Part shown: positions 26,193-40,653 of the stretch, one piece after another
Layout of the letters: each line of letters opens with the position of its first letter
Numbering within the stretch: the stretch's first letter is position 1
From: Veleropilina oligotropha
Lineage: Eukaryota
DNA length: 64,000 bases
Direction of reading: 5' to 3'
Assembly: GCA_048128005.1 (NCBI GenBank)
Contig: JBEUKZ010000069.1
Location: 62,001 to 126,000, forward strand
Position numbers and translations under genes: made by a program
The notes under the pieces: generated by a model
Database searches by the model: none
What the model saw: the letters and a program-made list of their open reading frames with translations, nothing else
Told to the model about the DNA's origin: nothing

Positions 26193-28807
26193 TAGGGGGC
26201 GAAATTCGCTATGTCATGACCGGCTACATTTTTCGCTACTTCCATTTATGTTTACCCTCTAGCAGGCATGGGCAAATCACACACTCGCAGCGGAGGGATA
26301 GGGGAAAAGTCATGATAAGCTTGTTTAAAAAGTAGGACTCAGATATTGATTAATTGCATACCTGATGCAACTTTAACATATTGTCAATGAGATCCAGTGA
26401 AAATAACACCAGCAAATGTACAGGAATACATGGAGCAACACCATTCCACAGGGCACTAGTTTTTCTTTCGTCACATCCGGATATAGGGAAGTTTCAGAAT
26501 AGATAACTGTGGACTGATGTCATATAACAATTCAGGGAACTCGAATGGGCGCAGAAGTCGGAAATTATGATTGACTATATATGACAGTGCCTGCCAGGCT
26601 GGTACTCAAACAACGTTAGAGGCTGCTATATACTTCCTACGCCACACGTGGGTCGATCAAGCCGCACTCATACGTTATAGGAGTAAGTACATGGACGATA
26701 CGTTACAAAATACAAGTACCGAAATGATCGGAACTCGCCAGGCAAAGAGCCCCACCCACTGATTGCTCTATATAACAATAAGCAATCTGTGGGTGGGGCT
26801 TTTGCATGGCGATTTCGCTCCTTTTATTTTGTGACGTTTCGTGCAGGGAGTGTGATTATATAATATAGCAACTCACTGTGCACTGCACTAATCGTCAAAC
26901 GTAAACAGACGAACGATCAACAGCGATGCTGCCCCCTGTGGGCAGTGGCGATGCCTGCGCGTGTGCGGAAATTGGTCTGCCATGCCCTGACTGAGGGTAG
27001 TTTGTAATTTCAGGGTCCCGGGTTATTAATCGTGTGCAAATTCATGACCAATAGCATTAGGGTCAGTGTATTAGTACGCAGAGTTAGCTAACGCAATAAC
27101 TGGGGGACCCTTAAGCTGCAAGTCCCCGAATAATTGCACATGAATTCGTTTCCTTATGCGCACATACACAATATACTGTATACAAATATTATATAACTAC
27201 CTTGCAACAGCATTATCAATATGTTCAAGTTATAATCTAGTAAATAATATATGCAACGTTTTGATGACAGCGTAGCGGGAAGCAAATTGATTTTGGGGGT
27301 AAGGCAGAAAATGGCACTTTGCATAACTATTTTATATATAGGTTATATTGAGCTGTGCATTAGTATTTGTGATGGGGGGGTCAATTTGTTTGAAATCTCG
27401 TGGTATATTGTTGAGGGAATGCACTTCAAGATAACCTTTAGTTTAAACAATTAAAAGTTATCTTATACAGTTTTCATTAATGATTGTTGTGATCCTGTAT
27501 ATATTAATTTTGATCACATGAGAGAGTCTACTACTTATACTTTGTGCATGCTGTTTAAAATACGATGTATTGACTTCAAAGTATAATATTATTTCCACTA
27601 GTCTATCCTTATTTACAGTTGGCATATAAGTTAAACAAAAACAGTGGAAGGTGGATGCACATATAAAGGGGAGAAGAAATCGTTAAGAGACGACGTGTGG
27701 ATACATGAGCCATGAGAAGATGCGACGTGCTTTAATAATAATATGGAAACTGGCCCAATAGGATTTAGAGGACAATTGCTTCGATTCCACCACAATAAAC
27801 AGCCAAGATTGTAGCAGAAAAGGCTACAAATATTCACAGTTCAGATTATACTTGAGGACATAGAGCGAGACATTTATGATCATCCTCTGGTTCACATAAT
27901 ATTTGCAGTGTTGCTGTCAGCACGCCACGTGCCGTCAATGATCACGTGATATAGTGGCCATGATCGCAAGACTGATTCTACAGACTGTCACTGTGTTAAT
28001 GTATTACTTTCAAATTGCTTTGCTGTGCTGTATTAACAGGCTGTGATTCATGTAACCATAAACAGTCTATTTACGTTTATTATATAATTTCAACCAACTG
28101 ATCATACATGTCATATTGAAGGAATGAGAGTCAAAATCAACCAGTTAAACCCACTTGGGCCTGCCATATATTGATATATGAAGTAACACATCTGTAGTGT
28201 CTTAGAGCAGTATCATAATGTGTTATGTATATCATGAACACACAGCAGTCATCACTGATTATTGCCAAGACAACTTAAGGGCGAGCCATAACATTTAGTT
28301 TGTTGTACCTACGGCATAATATATCAACCATTTCGGTTGCTTTTATACTTGTTGTTTTTTGTATCGAGATGAAATCTAGACTATATTTGTTTGTATTGCA
28401 TACTAATTGTTTTGAGATTAGCAACACGACGAAAAGTGGCACTGACTGTCCGTTTTCGATCTAAATCTCTTATCGATCAACTATGCCCACACGCAGAATT
28501 GACCAGCATGTACTAAAGACTGTTGTCATAATTCATAGGGTACGACAAGATTTAGCATATTCATAAATTGGTGTCCAATCATTGTGTTTCAGCATACACA
28601 TTAATTGAGGATACAGTTACAAAATACCTAACCTCACGTTACTAGGAAGACATTTATTGTTGCCTTTTTTGTGAATATATACGCTATAAAAATAATCTTT
28701 TATGCTGCTTTTGGACAACAATATCAGATCTTATTTGTTATCTTTTACGCTTTCCTTATGTTGGTTGCATGATTTACAACCTTATGCCATAAATACTACA
28801 GAGCTAG

Positions 28808-30100
28808 TCATTTGTGAGTGACCATGTGCCTTCTGAGGACATGTTTGTGTGAAAATGCGCGACCACACACAGAACACTGGTGTGACTTCTCTCCAGTGTG
28901 GGTTAAGAAATGGCGTCTATGACGTGCAAATGTCTTATTACATAGTAAATATTTATTTTTATCTCCTTAAAGAGTTCATATAATGATCTACATATATATT
29001 TATATTACATAACATAAGATACAACATAGTGGAATTTGGTATATATATGAGATAATGATGGAGATAAAGGATGACATTTACGCCCAGTAAAGACTGTTCC
29101 TCTTAAGGTAATGCCACCCCTTCTGGTATATATGTACGATTGAATTGCAGTAAAATATTATCGTTATACAAAAGAGTAATGAGTACATAATAAGTTAATA
29201 GTTGAGAATACAGATAAAACATGAATTTACGAGTACACAAATTACACTGACAGAAAACAAATATACGAACATAATTCTTATAACGGTTATAGCTACGTAT
29301 TATCATTCTCGCGCAAACATACAATCGCACACATGCACATCGGTACGCGTACACATAGTTTTATTTTTGTGTCCTGTAAGACAAACAACGCATTGATATG
29401 GTTTCTCTTTTGTATGAATTAACATATGACTTTTACGACTTTGTGATTGTGAAAATGTCTGATTACACAGAGCACACTGATGTGGTTTTTCTCCAGTATG
29501 GATTAACATGTGGATCCTAAGATTTCTTGTTTGTGATAATTTTTGCATACACAAAACACACTGATGTTGTTTCTCACAAGTGTGGGTTAGCATGTGAGTC
29601 TTAAGATAACCTTCTCGTGAGAACATATGGTTACAAACAGTGCATTTATGCCGTTTCTCTCCTGTATGGGTGCACTTGTGCCTTCTCAGACTGTATGATA
29701 GTGATAATTTATGAATACACAAGTCACACTGATGTGGTTTCTCTCCAGTGTGAATCAACATGTGCTGTTTAAGACTGCATCATCGCGAAAATGCTCGATT
29801 ACATACAACACACTGATGCGGTTTCTCTCCAGTATGGATTCGCACGTGCTGGTTAGCATAATTCGCTTGGGAAATGTCATGCTACACTTAGCACAATGAT
29901 AAGGTTTCTCTTCGGTATGAATTCGCATGTGCGTAGTAAGACTGCTTTTCTGATGACAATTATGGTTACAGAAACGGTATTGGTATGTTTTTTCTCCTGC
30001 GTGAATACGTATGTGAATTTTCAAACTAGACAAACGGGTAAATAACTTTTCGCACAAGCTGCAGTTGTATCGGATGTCATGTATTTTCCTGTGATATTTA
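28808..30100 (-). pseudogene. C2H2 zinc-finger pseudogene
   Basis: Fingers in ORFs 29755-30057 and 29303-29761 are separated by a frameshift. The last fingers (...HKHVLRRHMVTHK*) lie at 28808-28945 beyond a ~430-bp insertion. The 5' end is cut at about 30100. Confidence 0.85.
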
Positions 30101-30595
30101 AAGTAATAGCCAACCCACCTATATAAACTGTTGTATTGGATATAATAATTTGCTTTAACTTTTATTATCTCAAAATATAAATGTCAATATTTCTTCAATT
30201 CGAAGAAAAAACGATTTATATAATTCCCCCTTTCCTGACGTGGAAGCCGCCATATTGATAAATTTGGGGCGTTCTGCAACGAAACTGTGACGTAGATTAC
30301 TCACTTCATAATACGCGACAATTATTCATTATTGTAACAAATAAACGTATTTATCAATTTTTAAGGTATATATAATTGTAATTATGTGCTGTATTTGTCA
30401 CTTTAAAATAAAGTATATCAGCGTAGTAAATTACCCAGCAGGACTTGCGTGAATCGGCAATGGCCGCCATTACTATCGAAACTGAAACTTTTCTATAGGT
30501 CTTCAACATCGGGATCGACTCACTGAGTCTACGTCATAGATCTACATTTTCCACACTCGGCTAATATAATAATTCATCAGACTTATATATATATT

Positions 30596-31613
30596 ATGGA
30601 GTTCGTTGAAGAAATTCAACCTTATTCATACGAACCTGAATTCACCGAGGAAGAGCTCAGAGCTCCTGCCGATGGAGATAATTCCCCGAGCGAGTCAGAA
30701 ACAGACTCCAATGAAGACGTCGAGTCACTGGATCGACATGACGAAGGCACAGCATGGTGCGAATGCGGATAATGCGTGCCAATGCCATCGGTGACAGAAA
30801 GAATTTGCTGCCAAGATTGGACGTTGTTTCATGAAAGGCTCTAGCAAACAGACATTTCCTGCATCAAGAACCACTCAGGTTTAATTTCACTAACCAATCC
30901 AGATGTCTTGATTGCTCTGTTTATAAACTTCTTGATGTGGAAAAAGTCCGGCGGGAATGCTCCAGATGTTTTGAGTAACAGGTAAGAAATGTATCAAAAG
31001 CTAAATCTAAAGCTAAAGATTCCTTTATACTAGTATAAATTATAGTTACTGTTAATAACAAACAGTTTACCGTACCACAGTCAACTTGACAAGGATTTGA
31101 AGGATATTAAAATTTTAGTATATAATTTTACAACTGCATCGGTAACTTCCCTCTACCAGTACCACTAACTTGACTATAAATGTATTGATGTGAGAAATAA
31201 ACCTTGAATCTACCCCGTCCTTCAACTGGCAATCATTTTGAATATCATTGTTTGTTATTTAGCGTAGTTAATTAAATGCAAATTACAAACCATAATATTT
31301 ATATTTAACAGGAAGTAAATCTGTACCATTCCAGATTTATGTTTGTAATTTCCACTTGATTATATTCATATCGATTGGATATTAATTTATGGAATATAAA
31401 ATTTAATATCGGAATTTTTCTTTTTTCAGGCAGTCAAGGTTAATGGCATATCGTCATTTCATCGGATGGGCATTGAGAGGTCAAGGACTGGGCCGAGGTA
31501 ATCGTCTCACCATTCCATCTTGTGTGGTCAACAGTATTAGGCAGTCCTTTCCGGACGAAAATGGCCAGTACGTTGGATTTAAGGAACATCGCGACGCTCT
31601 TGCCATGGACTAA
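30596..31613 (+). pseudogene. Two-exon P2RX7-C-terminal-like Cys-rich gene (Kolobok-type accessory ORF) with premature stops
   Basis: Exon 1 (30596-30981) reads MEFVEEIQPYSYEPE...WCECG*CVPMPSVTERICCQ...L*Q...SNR. A GT-AG intron spans 30982-31429. Exon 2 (31430-31613) reads QSRLMAYRHFIGWALRGQGLGRGNRLTIPSCVVNSIRQSFPDENGQYVGFKE. Confidence 0.8.
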
Positions 31614-32586
31614 TGATCACCTCTTTATATATATTGTAATATACGTTACTGAATAATTATTATGACATCACATTGATTGTGTTATCAGGCCTATATTGCA
31701 TTGTAAATCTACTATCTCTTTGATGTAGCGCGATTTCTTGCTGGCATTGTACCTTTAACAACATAACGACATTCGATGTACCTATATATACAGTTAGACG
31801 AAAGGTTATAAAAGGCGGAGCTGACACACTTTCTGCGATTCAACTGTCCGTGCTGCAGACGTCATTTGCATACCACAACAATCGTGACCTAGTTTCGATC
31901 AGCTGACATTCGACGTAACCAATCAGTAGTGATTATGATAGTATTATATCATGGCAGTCGAGTCCCACTACACAGATCCCTTGTCTCCTTTATGACATTG
32001 ATTTAGTATGGTATGATTAAACACATAGAATGTAGCTCTGTACATCCTGACAAATGATTAGCCCTGACATTGTGTATATACGATATTGTTTATTATTCAT
32101 CAAAACTTGTTTATGGCTATTGTCTTCAATATAGGGAATTTACCTGGTATTCGATGTGAATTGATTTTGTTATTACTATTAGACATGTTGAAACTTGGTA
32201 TTATATTATAATTACACACTAATAATAATTTGCTTAATGTCTATCGTTCACGGTGGCTGAAATTTATTGGACTGTTTTCAACAGAGAGGTCGGAACCCCC
32301 GACTGTAGCATACTAGGGTCCAACTCTCCTCTATACTAACTGGGATGAAATATTGATAGCTTAAAACATTTCTGTTAACGTCATCCTTTGTTGTTCGCAG
32401 TGGCTTATTTTTCCCATTCAATTTGGGAACAATGCAAGGCCGGGACGGCTGTTGATTAGTTAATAGTCATTCAACGGTTAGGATGCTACACCATTCATAT
32501 AATCAACAGCAGATTTGTTGAATAGAACATCTTGGGGACCCATACGGTTTGCACATTAGTGAAATGTTTTAGGCGAGATAAACGAA

Positions 32587-32673
32587 TCGATACCGTTGAA
32601 TAGTTCAGAGAAGAAACTCCCGTCTCGGGCCTCCGACAAGGAGTTTATTCTCTGAACTATTCAACGGTATCGA
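32587..32673. repeat. Palindrome, 34-bp arms
   Basis: 32587-32620 versus 32640-32673, one mismatch, GC-rich loop. Confidence 0.88.
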
Positions 32674-34659
32674 GTAGTTTATAAAACCCTTACTTCATGA
32701 CCACTGATATTTACAATTTCACTGATCACATGATCTAGCCGGCCACTCCGGTAGTCGTTGTCTCTTGTGCCGACTCTGAAATCTCTGGCTTGATTACATG
32801 TATTCTAACAGGAGTGGGTTCGAATCTCGGTTTAGGGCAATGGCATTCTTGGTTCAGATCTCAATCACAGTTGTATATAGCTGGCGAGTTTCCCCGGGCG
32901 ACCAGGTTTTCTTCCCGCGATAATTTGTACATGTCCTGGTGTGAACCTGAAGGTTGTATATATACCAGAGGTAATATCCTTTGTAAAGTAACATGTCAAT
33001 CAAAATGTTCTCATTTGAAAACCTAGAGTACGCGTTACTGAAGTTATTGCCAGCTATAGTGAAATGTAAACATAGCCATTTTCCTTGCCTATAAAATCCT
33101 AAATGACGTCATCAAATTTGAGTTTTTGATTCTGATCACCTTCGAGTAGGACCGAGCCAGGGAAGAACCATATCCTGTGTGAAAAATTACAACACATGCG
33201 TTGCATAATGCGGGCACAGCTGACCGAAAACAAACATGCAGAGGGTCGTCGTCACTTATAACGGTGGTGCCCCTTAAAAATGTTGGTAAATCGGATCAAA
33301 CATACATAATGAGCGAGGATAAAAATCCCAAAACGATGAATAATGATTATCAACAGTGTTTTAATTTATGATCACGGCATTGTCTTGAAGACTCGGCCAT
33401 TGCACCATACATAAAATAATTAATTCAATTGCATGATAAACGAGAACGAATTTGGATCTAGAATGGGCAGCCGCACGCCCGGAGTCACTTCTCTAGATGG
33501 TGCCCATACAATATTATCTTATATAGCGTGGATTTTTCAGATTTTGGCGAAATAATATGTACATGTGACTATTGGTGTTTGACATTAGGACAAGATAAAA
33601 ATACTGAATTTACTTCTTTAAAGATGATATAAAACTCAAATTCCTCACAACAATTTTATGATCGGAATTATATTTACAATAGGCGATCGAAACATTACAG
33701 CAAGTAGCATTTTATCGTTCAAGGAGCACATACATAAGGTGGTAGCTACATTCAATTGCCTTAAAATCCTACACTGGATTTGTGCACCTGAAATGGGCAT
33801 GGCACATACAAATTATATTATATACAAGGTTTCAAATACAGAATATTTATAATCAAATATTGCTACAAAATGTTTAGTGATTGCTGTATTTCATAAAACA
33901 AAGTATTTCCATCATTGATCCTTGGGCATGAACATTAATTGGATAAATTACTGTTTCAATATGGTTAAACTAAACTGATTTTAATATCATTATATGATGT
34001 ACAAAAACTACAAACGGCAACGTTTATGTTCCAATTCCATGAAAATAAATTGTAGTTAAATTCAATAAATCACAATTATTATACATGAATAATATTGCAA
34101 TGTAATCAAAAGAAGACACATGCAATCTTAATTTCTCTTAATCTTAATGGTCAATGTCACTCCTCTGGAATCGGCTTCCAATATTGCAATAGACTCGAAA
34201 AGTTTTACATAACACCAAGGGAGACAATCCCACCAGCCATGTATCACATAGCGAGAGAGATCACAATGAGGAACCGGCACTCCACAGCTGCCGCTAGATG
34301 TCGCGCGCAACAGTAGGTCATGTCACAAGGCCGTCTTGAATAACTTGAATAGGTAAACACAATTCCAGTTCACTGTTCGTTCGGTTCGCAGATGTAATGG
34401 GAATGGAGGCCATCGTTTCACCAACCAGAAAAAAACAGTAATAAAGGAAACGTACTTATCATGCAATGCATTACATATTTATCTTGGCCCCACTTGCTTC
34501 GTTAGAGAAGAAAAGTCAATCCGATAACGATAAAAGCGATATTTGTTCGTCCCTTGGTCCACATCGATTTTTCGACGAAACGCATATTAGGCTATGTCTT
34601 ACATAGTATATATTTAAATTAATTTTTGATCGAAAACAAATCACTAATAAACACGATGA

Positions 34660-35470
34660 AGGCAACGTAAATGCATTACATACAACTAAATATACACAAG
34701 CAAGTACATTTTTGGAAATATGAAACTTAAATTTGTCCCATTCAAATCAAAACGACTAACATCAGATTTCCGTAAAATTACGTATTCCGCGTATTGTAGC
34801 TTATAGGCCTAAGTTATTTTGCGGATTACTTGTACATTAAATCACCATTAAACACCATGAAAGCAGCGCAAATATATTACATATAACTATAAATATAAAG
34901 AATGACTACTTATTTTGTCAAATGAAACATAAATATGTCCATTCAAATCAAAACGAGTGACACTATCGGATTTCCGTGAACTTGCGCATTGTATGATATT
35001 TTGCGCTTTTCTATAAAATCACCACTAAACACCATGAAAGCAACACAAATACATTACATATACCTAAATATTCACAAATAACTACTTATTAAAGCTTAGC
35101 ATATGAAATATAGATTCGGTATATTCAACCACACAAGCGACTCACATCAGATTTCCGTAACTTGCGTAGGCCTACTATAGTTGTGCGATAGTTTGCGCAT
35201 TTCAAATAAAATCATCGCTAAACACTATAAAATCAAGGAAAAACGTTACATATACCTAAATATGCACAAATAAATACGTATTTCACCATATTAAATATAT
35301 ATTTTGCGAATTCCAACGTGGATTTGAGGAAATCAAAATAAGTAGTCATGTTTTATATTTAGTTATATATATGTAATATATTTGCGTTACTTTATGGTGT
35401 TTAATAGTGATTTAATGTATGAGTAAATTACTGTAATCCGCAAAATATCTTAGGCCTATGCTACAATACG
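34660..35470. repeat. Degenerate ~190-bp tandem repeats plus an inverted partial copy
   Basis: CAC.A.TAAACAC.ATGAA / CCATTCAAATCAAAACGA / GATTTCCGT blocks recur; 35340-35470 is inverted relative to about 34790-34920. Confidence 0.65.
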
Positions 35471-36079
35471 CGTCTCTAAGCATAGTTTTCAACTCCAACA
35501 TAATTTTGGACGCATATTTACTGCCATCCATCGCAAATGAATAAATACAATGTAAGTATTTGGAATATTTTAGTTGACACGATGTTAACACAAAACGACC
35601 AACAGAGCTAATGTAGCATTTGTCGAGAACCGGATAACCTACTTCCCAAGGGCGCCATCTGTCGGATTAGTTCCGCCGGTTCATCATTATATTAAAGTAT
35701 TAGAATCATTACAAAACTATGTATATATAAACGAATACATATATATTTATATGCATGTAAACCAACTGGAGTACCAAAGTTAACCCAGAAGGTTTCTACA
35801 CATCCAAGATATAACATGGTTTATTAACAGTATTAAAGTTGCTGATATATGTATGGGAGCATGTGTCTCGTAGGGAAGCTATAAATACGCTCCAATCAAA
35901 ACAAATCAAAATTTTACAGACGGGCCTGGGCAACAACAATATCAATTTTACAGACGGGCCTGGGCAACAACAATATCCACCGCCACCTTCGGGCAATCAA
36001 ATAAAAGATTATGTACATATTATATGACCTGAGCTGTTATATGGGACTACAACTCACAAAACAGCAATTATTAATACTC

Positions 36080-36340
36080 AAAACATCTGGAACCCGCCGG
36101 ACTTTTTCCACATCAAGAAGTTTATAAACAGCGCAATCAAGACATCTGTATTGTTTAGTGAAATTAAACCTGGGTGGTTCTTGATGCAGGAGATGTCCGT
36201 CTGCTCAAGCCTTTCGTGAAGCAAAGTCCAATCTTAGCAGCAAATTCTTTCTGTCACCGTTGGCATTGGCACGCATTCTCCGCATTCGCACCACGCTGTG
36301 CCTTCGTCGTGTATATCCAGTGACACGACGTCTTCATCAG
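36080..36340 (-). pseudogene. Inverted partial paralog of P2RX7-C-like exon 1
   Basis: The reverse complement aligns by eye to about 30710-30975 (WCECGECVPMPTVTERIC...). Confidence 0.8.
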
Positions 36341-37090
36341 AGTCTATGTTTCCTTTGACTTTTCCCTGTTTGTTAACGCAACCGAAAGCTTGGCACTCCG
36401 GCATGTTGCCGTCATAACAATATTGCTGAAGTGCGACTTCGTTGTCGTCTGCAGGTGGGGAATCTACGTCATAATCCCGAAAAATCTCGCGTATTCACGC
36501 TCTTGTTCAGGCCAATATGGCGTCAATCATACTGCTTGTGTGTGCCGTTGATGGGCGTCGAGAGATTCTTCGTGATTGTCCTATACAGGTCATTTCTTAA
36601 CAGAATGTTTTAAAATTTGGTATGTACTGTACTGTACATTGATTTGGGTGGGGAAACAGCAACTATATATTTTGGGTGTGGTCCGGTCTGTGTGGTCGCT
36701 GTGGCCTCCATCTTGGATTTTAAAGCATATTCATTGTGATCGCTCAAGACAGGTCATTACCGGGGATACATATACGGTCACTCGTGACTGAACATCTAGT
36801 TGAATTTGATGTTATTCCGACAAATATGAATTGGGACATAAACTAGGTTCCTATTTAATTTGATGTTATGCCGACAAAATATTTTGACAGTTATCCACTT
36901 TTTTCGACAAAAACTGTTTTCACTACGTTAACATGATATGATCAGGAAACACATTCTAGCTAGGGGGTTCAAATTTGGCATGCAGTTGTCCAGTTTGAAA
37001 ACGCACATGCGCATTCACTCTGGTAAATAACCATACCAGTGTGGTCTCTGCAACCATAATTGTCATCAGAAAGGCAATCTTAAGAAGCAC

Positions 37091-37981
37091 ATGCGAATTC
37101 ATACCGGAGATAAACCTTATCACCGTGCTAAGTGTAGCATGAACTTTTCCCAATCGAATTATCATAACCAGCACATGACAATTCGTACTGGAAAGAAACG
37201 GCATCAGTGTGCTGAGTGCAATCGAGCATTTTCGCAAGCAGATGGTCTTAAATCGCACATGTTGAGTCACACTGGTGAGAAACCACACCAGTGTCTTTTG
37301 TGTATGAACAAATTCTCACTAGCAGGTAATCTTAAGACCCACATGCTAATCCATACCGGAGAAAAGCCACACCGGTGTGCTGTGTGTGATAAGACATTTT
37401 TACATTCACATAGTCTCAAATGCCATATGGTAATTCACACTAAGGAGAGGCCGCATCTATGCGCTGTTTGTGACATGACATTTTCTAGATCGCTTGATCT
37501 TAAGATGCATATGCTAATCCATACAGGAGAGACGCCCCACCAGTGTGCTGTATGCAATCGAGCATTTTCGCAAGCGAGCAATCTTAAGAGTCACATGATA
37601 ACCCACACTGACGATAAACCATATCAGTGTGTCTTGTGCTTTCGAAAATTATCAGTTGCAGGTCGTCTTAGAACGCACATGTTCACACATACGGCAGGAA
37701 AACCGCACAAATGTGCTGTTTGTAATCATGCATTCCCAATAGCAGATAGTCTTAGAACGCACATGTTCACCCATACGGGAGAGATGCGTCACAAATGCGC
37801 TTTTTGTAATCATGCGTTTTCACATGCAAGTAATCTGAGAACACACAAGCTGACCCATACCGGAGAGAGGCCGCATCAATGTGTCGTGTGCAATAAGACA
37901 TTTCCACTAGCATATAATCTTAGGAGGCACATGTTAAATCATACTGGTGAGAAACCACACCAATGCGCTGTGTGTAATTAG
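37091..37981 (+). CDS. C2H2 zinc-finger ORF (~9 intact fingers), truncated at both ends; possibly a pseudogene
   Basis: HTGEKP-linked fingers. Finger homology continues upstream to about 36985 across a TAA and downstream to about 38115 across the TAG. Confidence 0.75.
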   Translation: MRIHTGDKPYHRAKCSMNFSQSNYHNQHMTIRTGKKRHQCAECNRAFSQADGLKSHMLSHTGEKPHQCLLCMNKFSLAGNLKTHMLIHTGEKPHRCAVCDKTFLHSHSLKCHMVIHTKERPHLCAVCDMTFSRSLDLKMHMLIHTGETPHQCAVCNRAFSQASNLKSHMITHTDDKPYQCVLCFRKLSVAGRLRTHMFTHTAGKPHKCAVCNHAFPIADSLRTHMFTHTGEMRHKCAFCNHAFSHASNLRTHKLTHTGERPHQCVVCNKTFPLAYNLRRHMLNHTGEKPHQCAVCN

Positions 37982-40114
37982 TCTTTTTCACTAGCAAGTA
38001 GTTGTAGACGCCTCAGGTTAATCCACACTAGGGAGAAGCCACACCAGTGTTATGTGAGCAGTCGAGCATTTTCACACAATCATGTCCTCTAAAGACACAT
38101 GGCTGCTCACAAATGACGAGCTCTGTATCTTTTCTGATATGGCTCTGTAAACCATGGAAACAACATAAGGCATACTTAATATTGAACATCATATTTATAT
38201 TTTTGTTCAAAAGCAGCGAAAAGTTTGAATAAAAGGACATGTTTAAAAAACGTGAAAATGCGCTAAGCAAACACTTTGTATGTCAAGCGTATATCTTCAA
38301 AAGCAAATCTGCAATAAATAAATAATATTATGAGGTTAGGCCCATTGATTTTGATGATTGAATGCTATACGAACTTTAATGTTGAATCACAATGACTGGA
38401 CACCAATTTATGAATATGTTTGCACGTTTTATCATGTTTCATTGATAACTCTATATGCCGTCTTTTAAACTTCTTATTTGTATGTTACGTATTGGCAAGC
38501 AGCTGATCAGTCATATGTAGCACTCTGCACAGTGTGTATCCTATATTGTATGCATTTTACTATATAGTTATCGTAATGCAAATAAGTTTGGTGGATTGTA
38601 AACACAATCGCGTGCATCACTCATAGTTCGCGGTTTTCACATATTTGTGCAGTCAACATGGACCTGAAATTGAGACGTATTGTATGACGTATGCATGACC
38701 TTGGGTTTAACATAATTATATTGTCTTGAACAAGATACAATTATCATTCCTCTAGACTTAATTATGTAGCGACTGCATTACCAGTTCAAACTATGTCGGC
38801 ATGCCGCTATACAAAATACATATAAGCTAAAGCAACAATAGAAAAGTGCATATCATTACAAAATACTACAAGCAGATAATTAATTTCATAATTCAGAAGT
38901 GGGTCACTTACAATAGCAGTGGAAGAAGGAAGATTTCATGGAATTGAAAGACAAAATAGATCGAAGACGAATATCATTCTCGCTAGCCCCAAATAAGCAG
39001 GCACATGCATTAATTATCTCCATAAATACTACTAAAGATGGCCAAATCAGCAAACAATCACAAACATAATGAAAATCAAACGAAAAACTGTCAAATATCG
39101 GGATTTACCTTAAACATGCTTTACTTCTGCGAAACAAACCTGCAGAATTGTAAACACATCAATGATTGCATCTCACAGCAGCAGCTATAGCTCGTGTCCG
39201 CCATCATCCATCATTTCTTCATATTATTAGGAATTAGCATAAATATTTATTACCATGGAACTGATCTATTTTGGGTCATTTGGCGTACATTTTACATGTC
39301 TGTACATTGCATTATATGATGTTTGTATATTTACTTTGCCATTTGCATGTCTGAGATAATGTACATGGCTAAAAATGTTTTACGTTTCCAGCTGATGGTT
39401 ACAGAGGAAGGTAGTGCAGAATGGCCACCTTGGGTAAAATGGCTCACATTAATGTCGACTGTATCAGGTGCCGCCATCTTGTGGCAGACATATGGCCTTA
39501 TTCCTCTGTTCAAGGGCAGAAAATAACAACATGGCGATAATCGTTAACATTACTGTCGTTGAAGCAGGCCGAGGCTAGATATTTCACCACCACCCGATGA
39601 TTCTGTAAGCAACTGATAAATAGGTACTTGTAGTTACATCCTTTTCACAAGTGTGAGTGTTTTGGTATAATTTTTTGGTAGAAATATGTGACCACAAATG
39701 CTCTTACATCACGTTAGGTGCAATACAATTACCGAGAGGCCAAGGTTATATATCCAGGTAATGCTTGGGGCAAAATGTCCCATTTTAGATGGTGCTAAAT
39801 GGCCTTGGGCTGGTCATTTTACATAACGCTTCCCTTCATATCCCAAAACATTTCAAGTTGTCTAAGAATGGTTTTAAATTGTAAACAATACCTCTCCATG
39901 ATAATAATCAAGCGGCAATAATTGTTTTAAATGCAAATAAAATATATACAACCAGTTAATGAGCAGCTCTGCATAATCCAATACGAATTATGTCAGTAGC
40001 GCATTTTGCCCATATAGCGGCATCGGCGGGTAAGTGGTTAATGGGTCAGACTCTCAACCAAAGCTGTTTGTTGTTCCCGGGTTTCTTTATATATGTTTTT
40101 TTCATGTCCACATG

Positions 40115-40653
40115 CCTATTGCTCCTGCTTATTCCCATGCGTCCGATGTCTAGATGCCTGGTGCTACTGTTATACCCGAGGTCGATTTCGAAAGGTCTGC
40201 TGATGATCCTGCTTTGCCCGAGGCCGATGTCCAGAAGCCTGTTGTTCCTGATGGACCCACGACGGATGCTCAACTGTCTGTTTCTCCTGCTTCTTCCCCT
40301 ACGTCGGATGTCCAAGCGCCTGGTGCATATGCTATATCCGAGGTTGATGCCAAAGGCCTGCTGCTGCTCTTGATTTGTCCGAGGCCGATGTCCAGAATCC
40401 TGTTGCTCCTGATGTACTCACGACTGATGTTCAAATGACTGTTGCTCCTGCTTCCGATGTCCAAGGGGCTGGTGCATCTGTTATATCCGAGATTGATGTC
40501 AAAAGCAATGGTGCTGCTCCTGCTTTTTCCCAGGGCGTTGTCCAGAAGCCTGTTGCTCATGATATAGCCAGGGCTGATGTTCAGATGCCTGTTGCTGCTG
40601 TTGCTAATACATCGGGTTACATTTCACCATTTATAATCAGTCCTCCTCCTTAG
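40115..40653 (+). repeat. Coding-like minisatellite (39-42-bp units) encoding P-V-A-P-x4-5-D-V-Q repeats
   Basis: Repeated CCTG.TGCTCCTG...GATGTCCAGA units; reading frames 40154-40438 and 40375-40653 join across a frameshift. Confidence 0.7.

Noticed and set aside
32805..32920. tRNA gene suggested by a GGTTCGAATC B-box-like motif
   Set aside because: No cloverleaf could be built; at most a degenerate SINE head.
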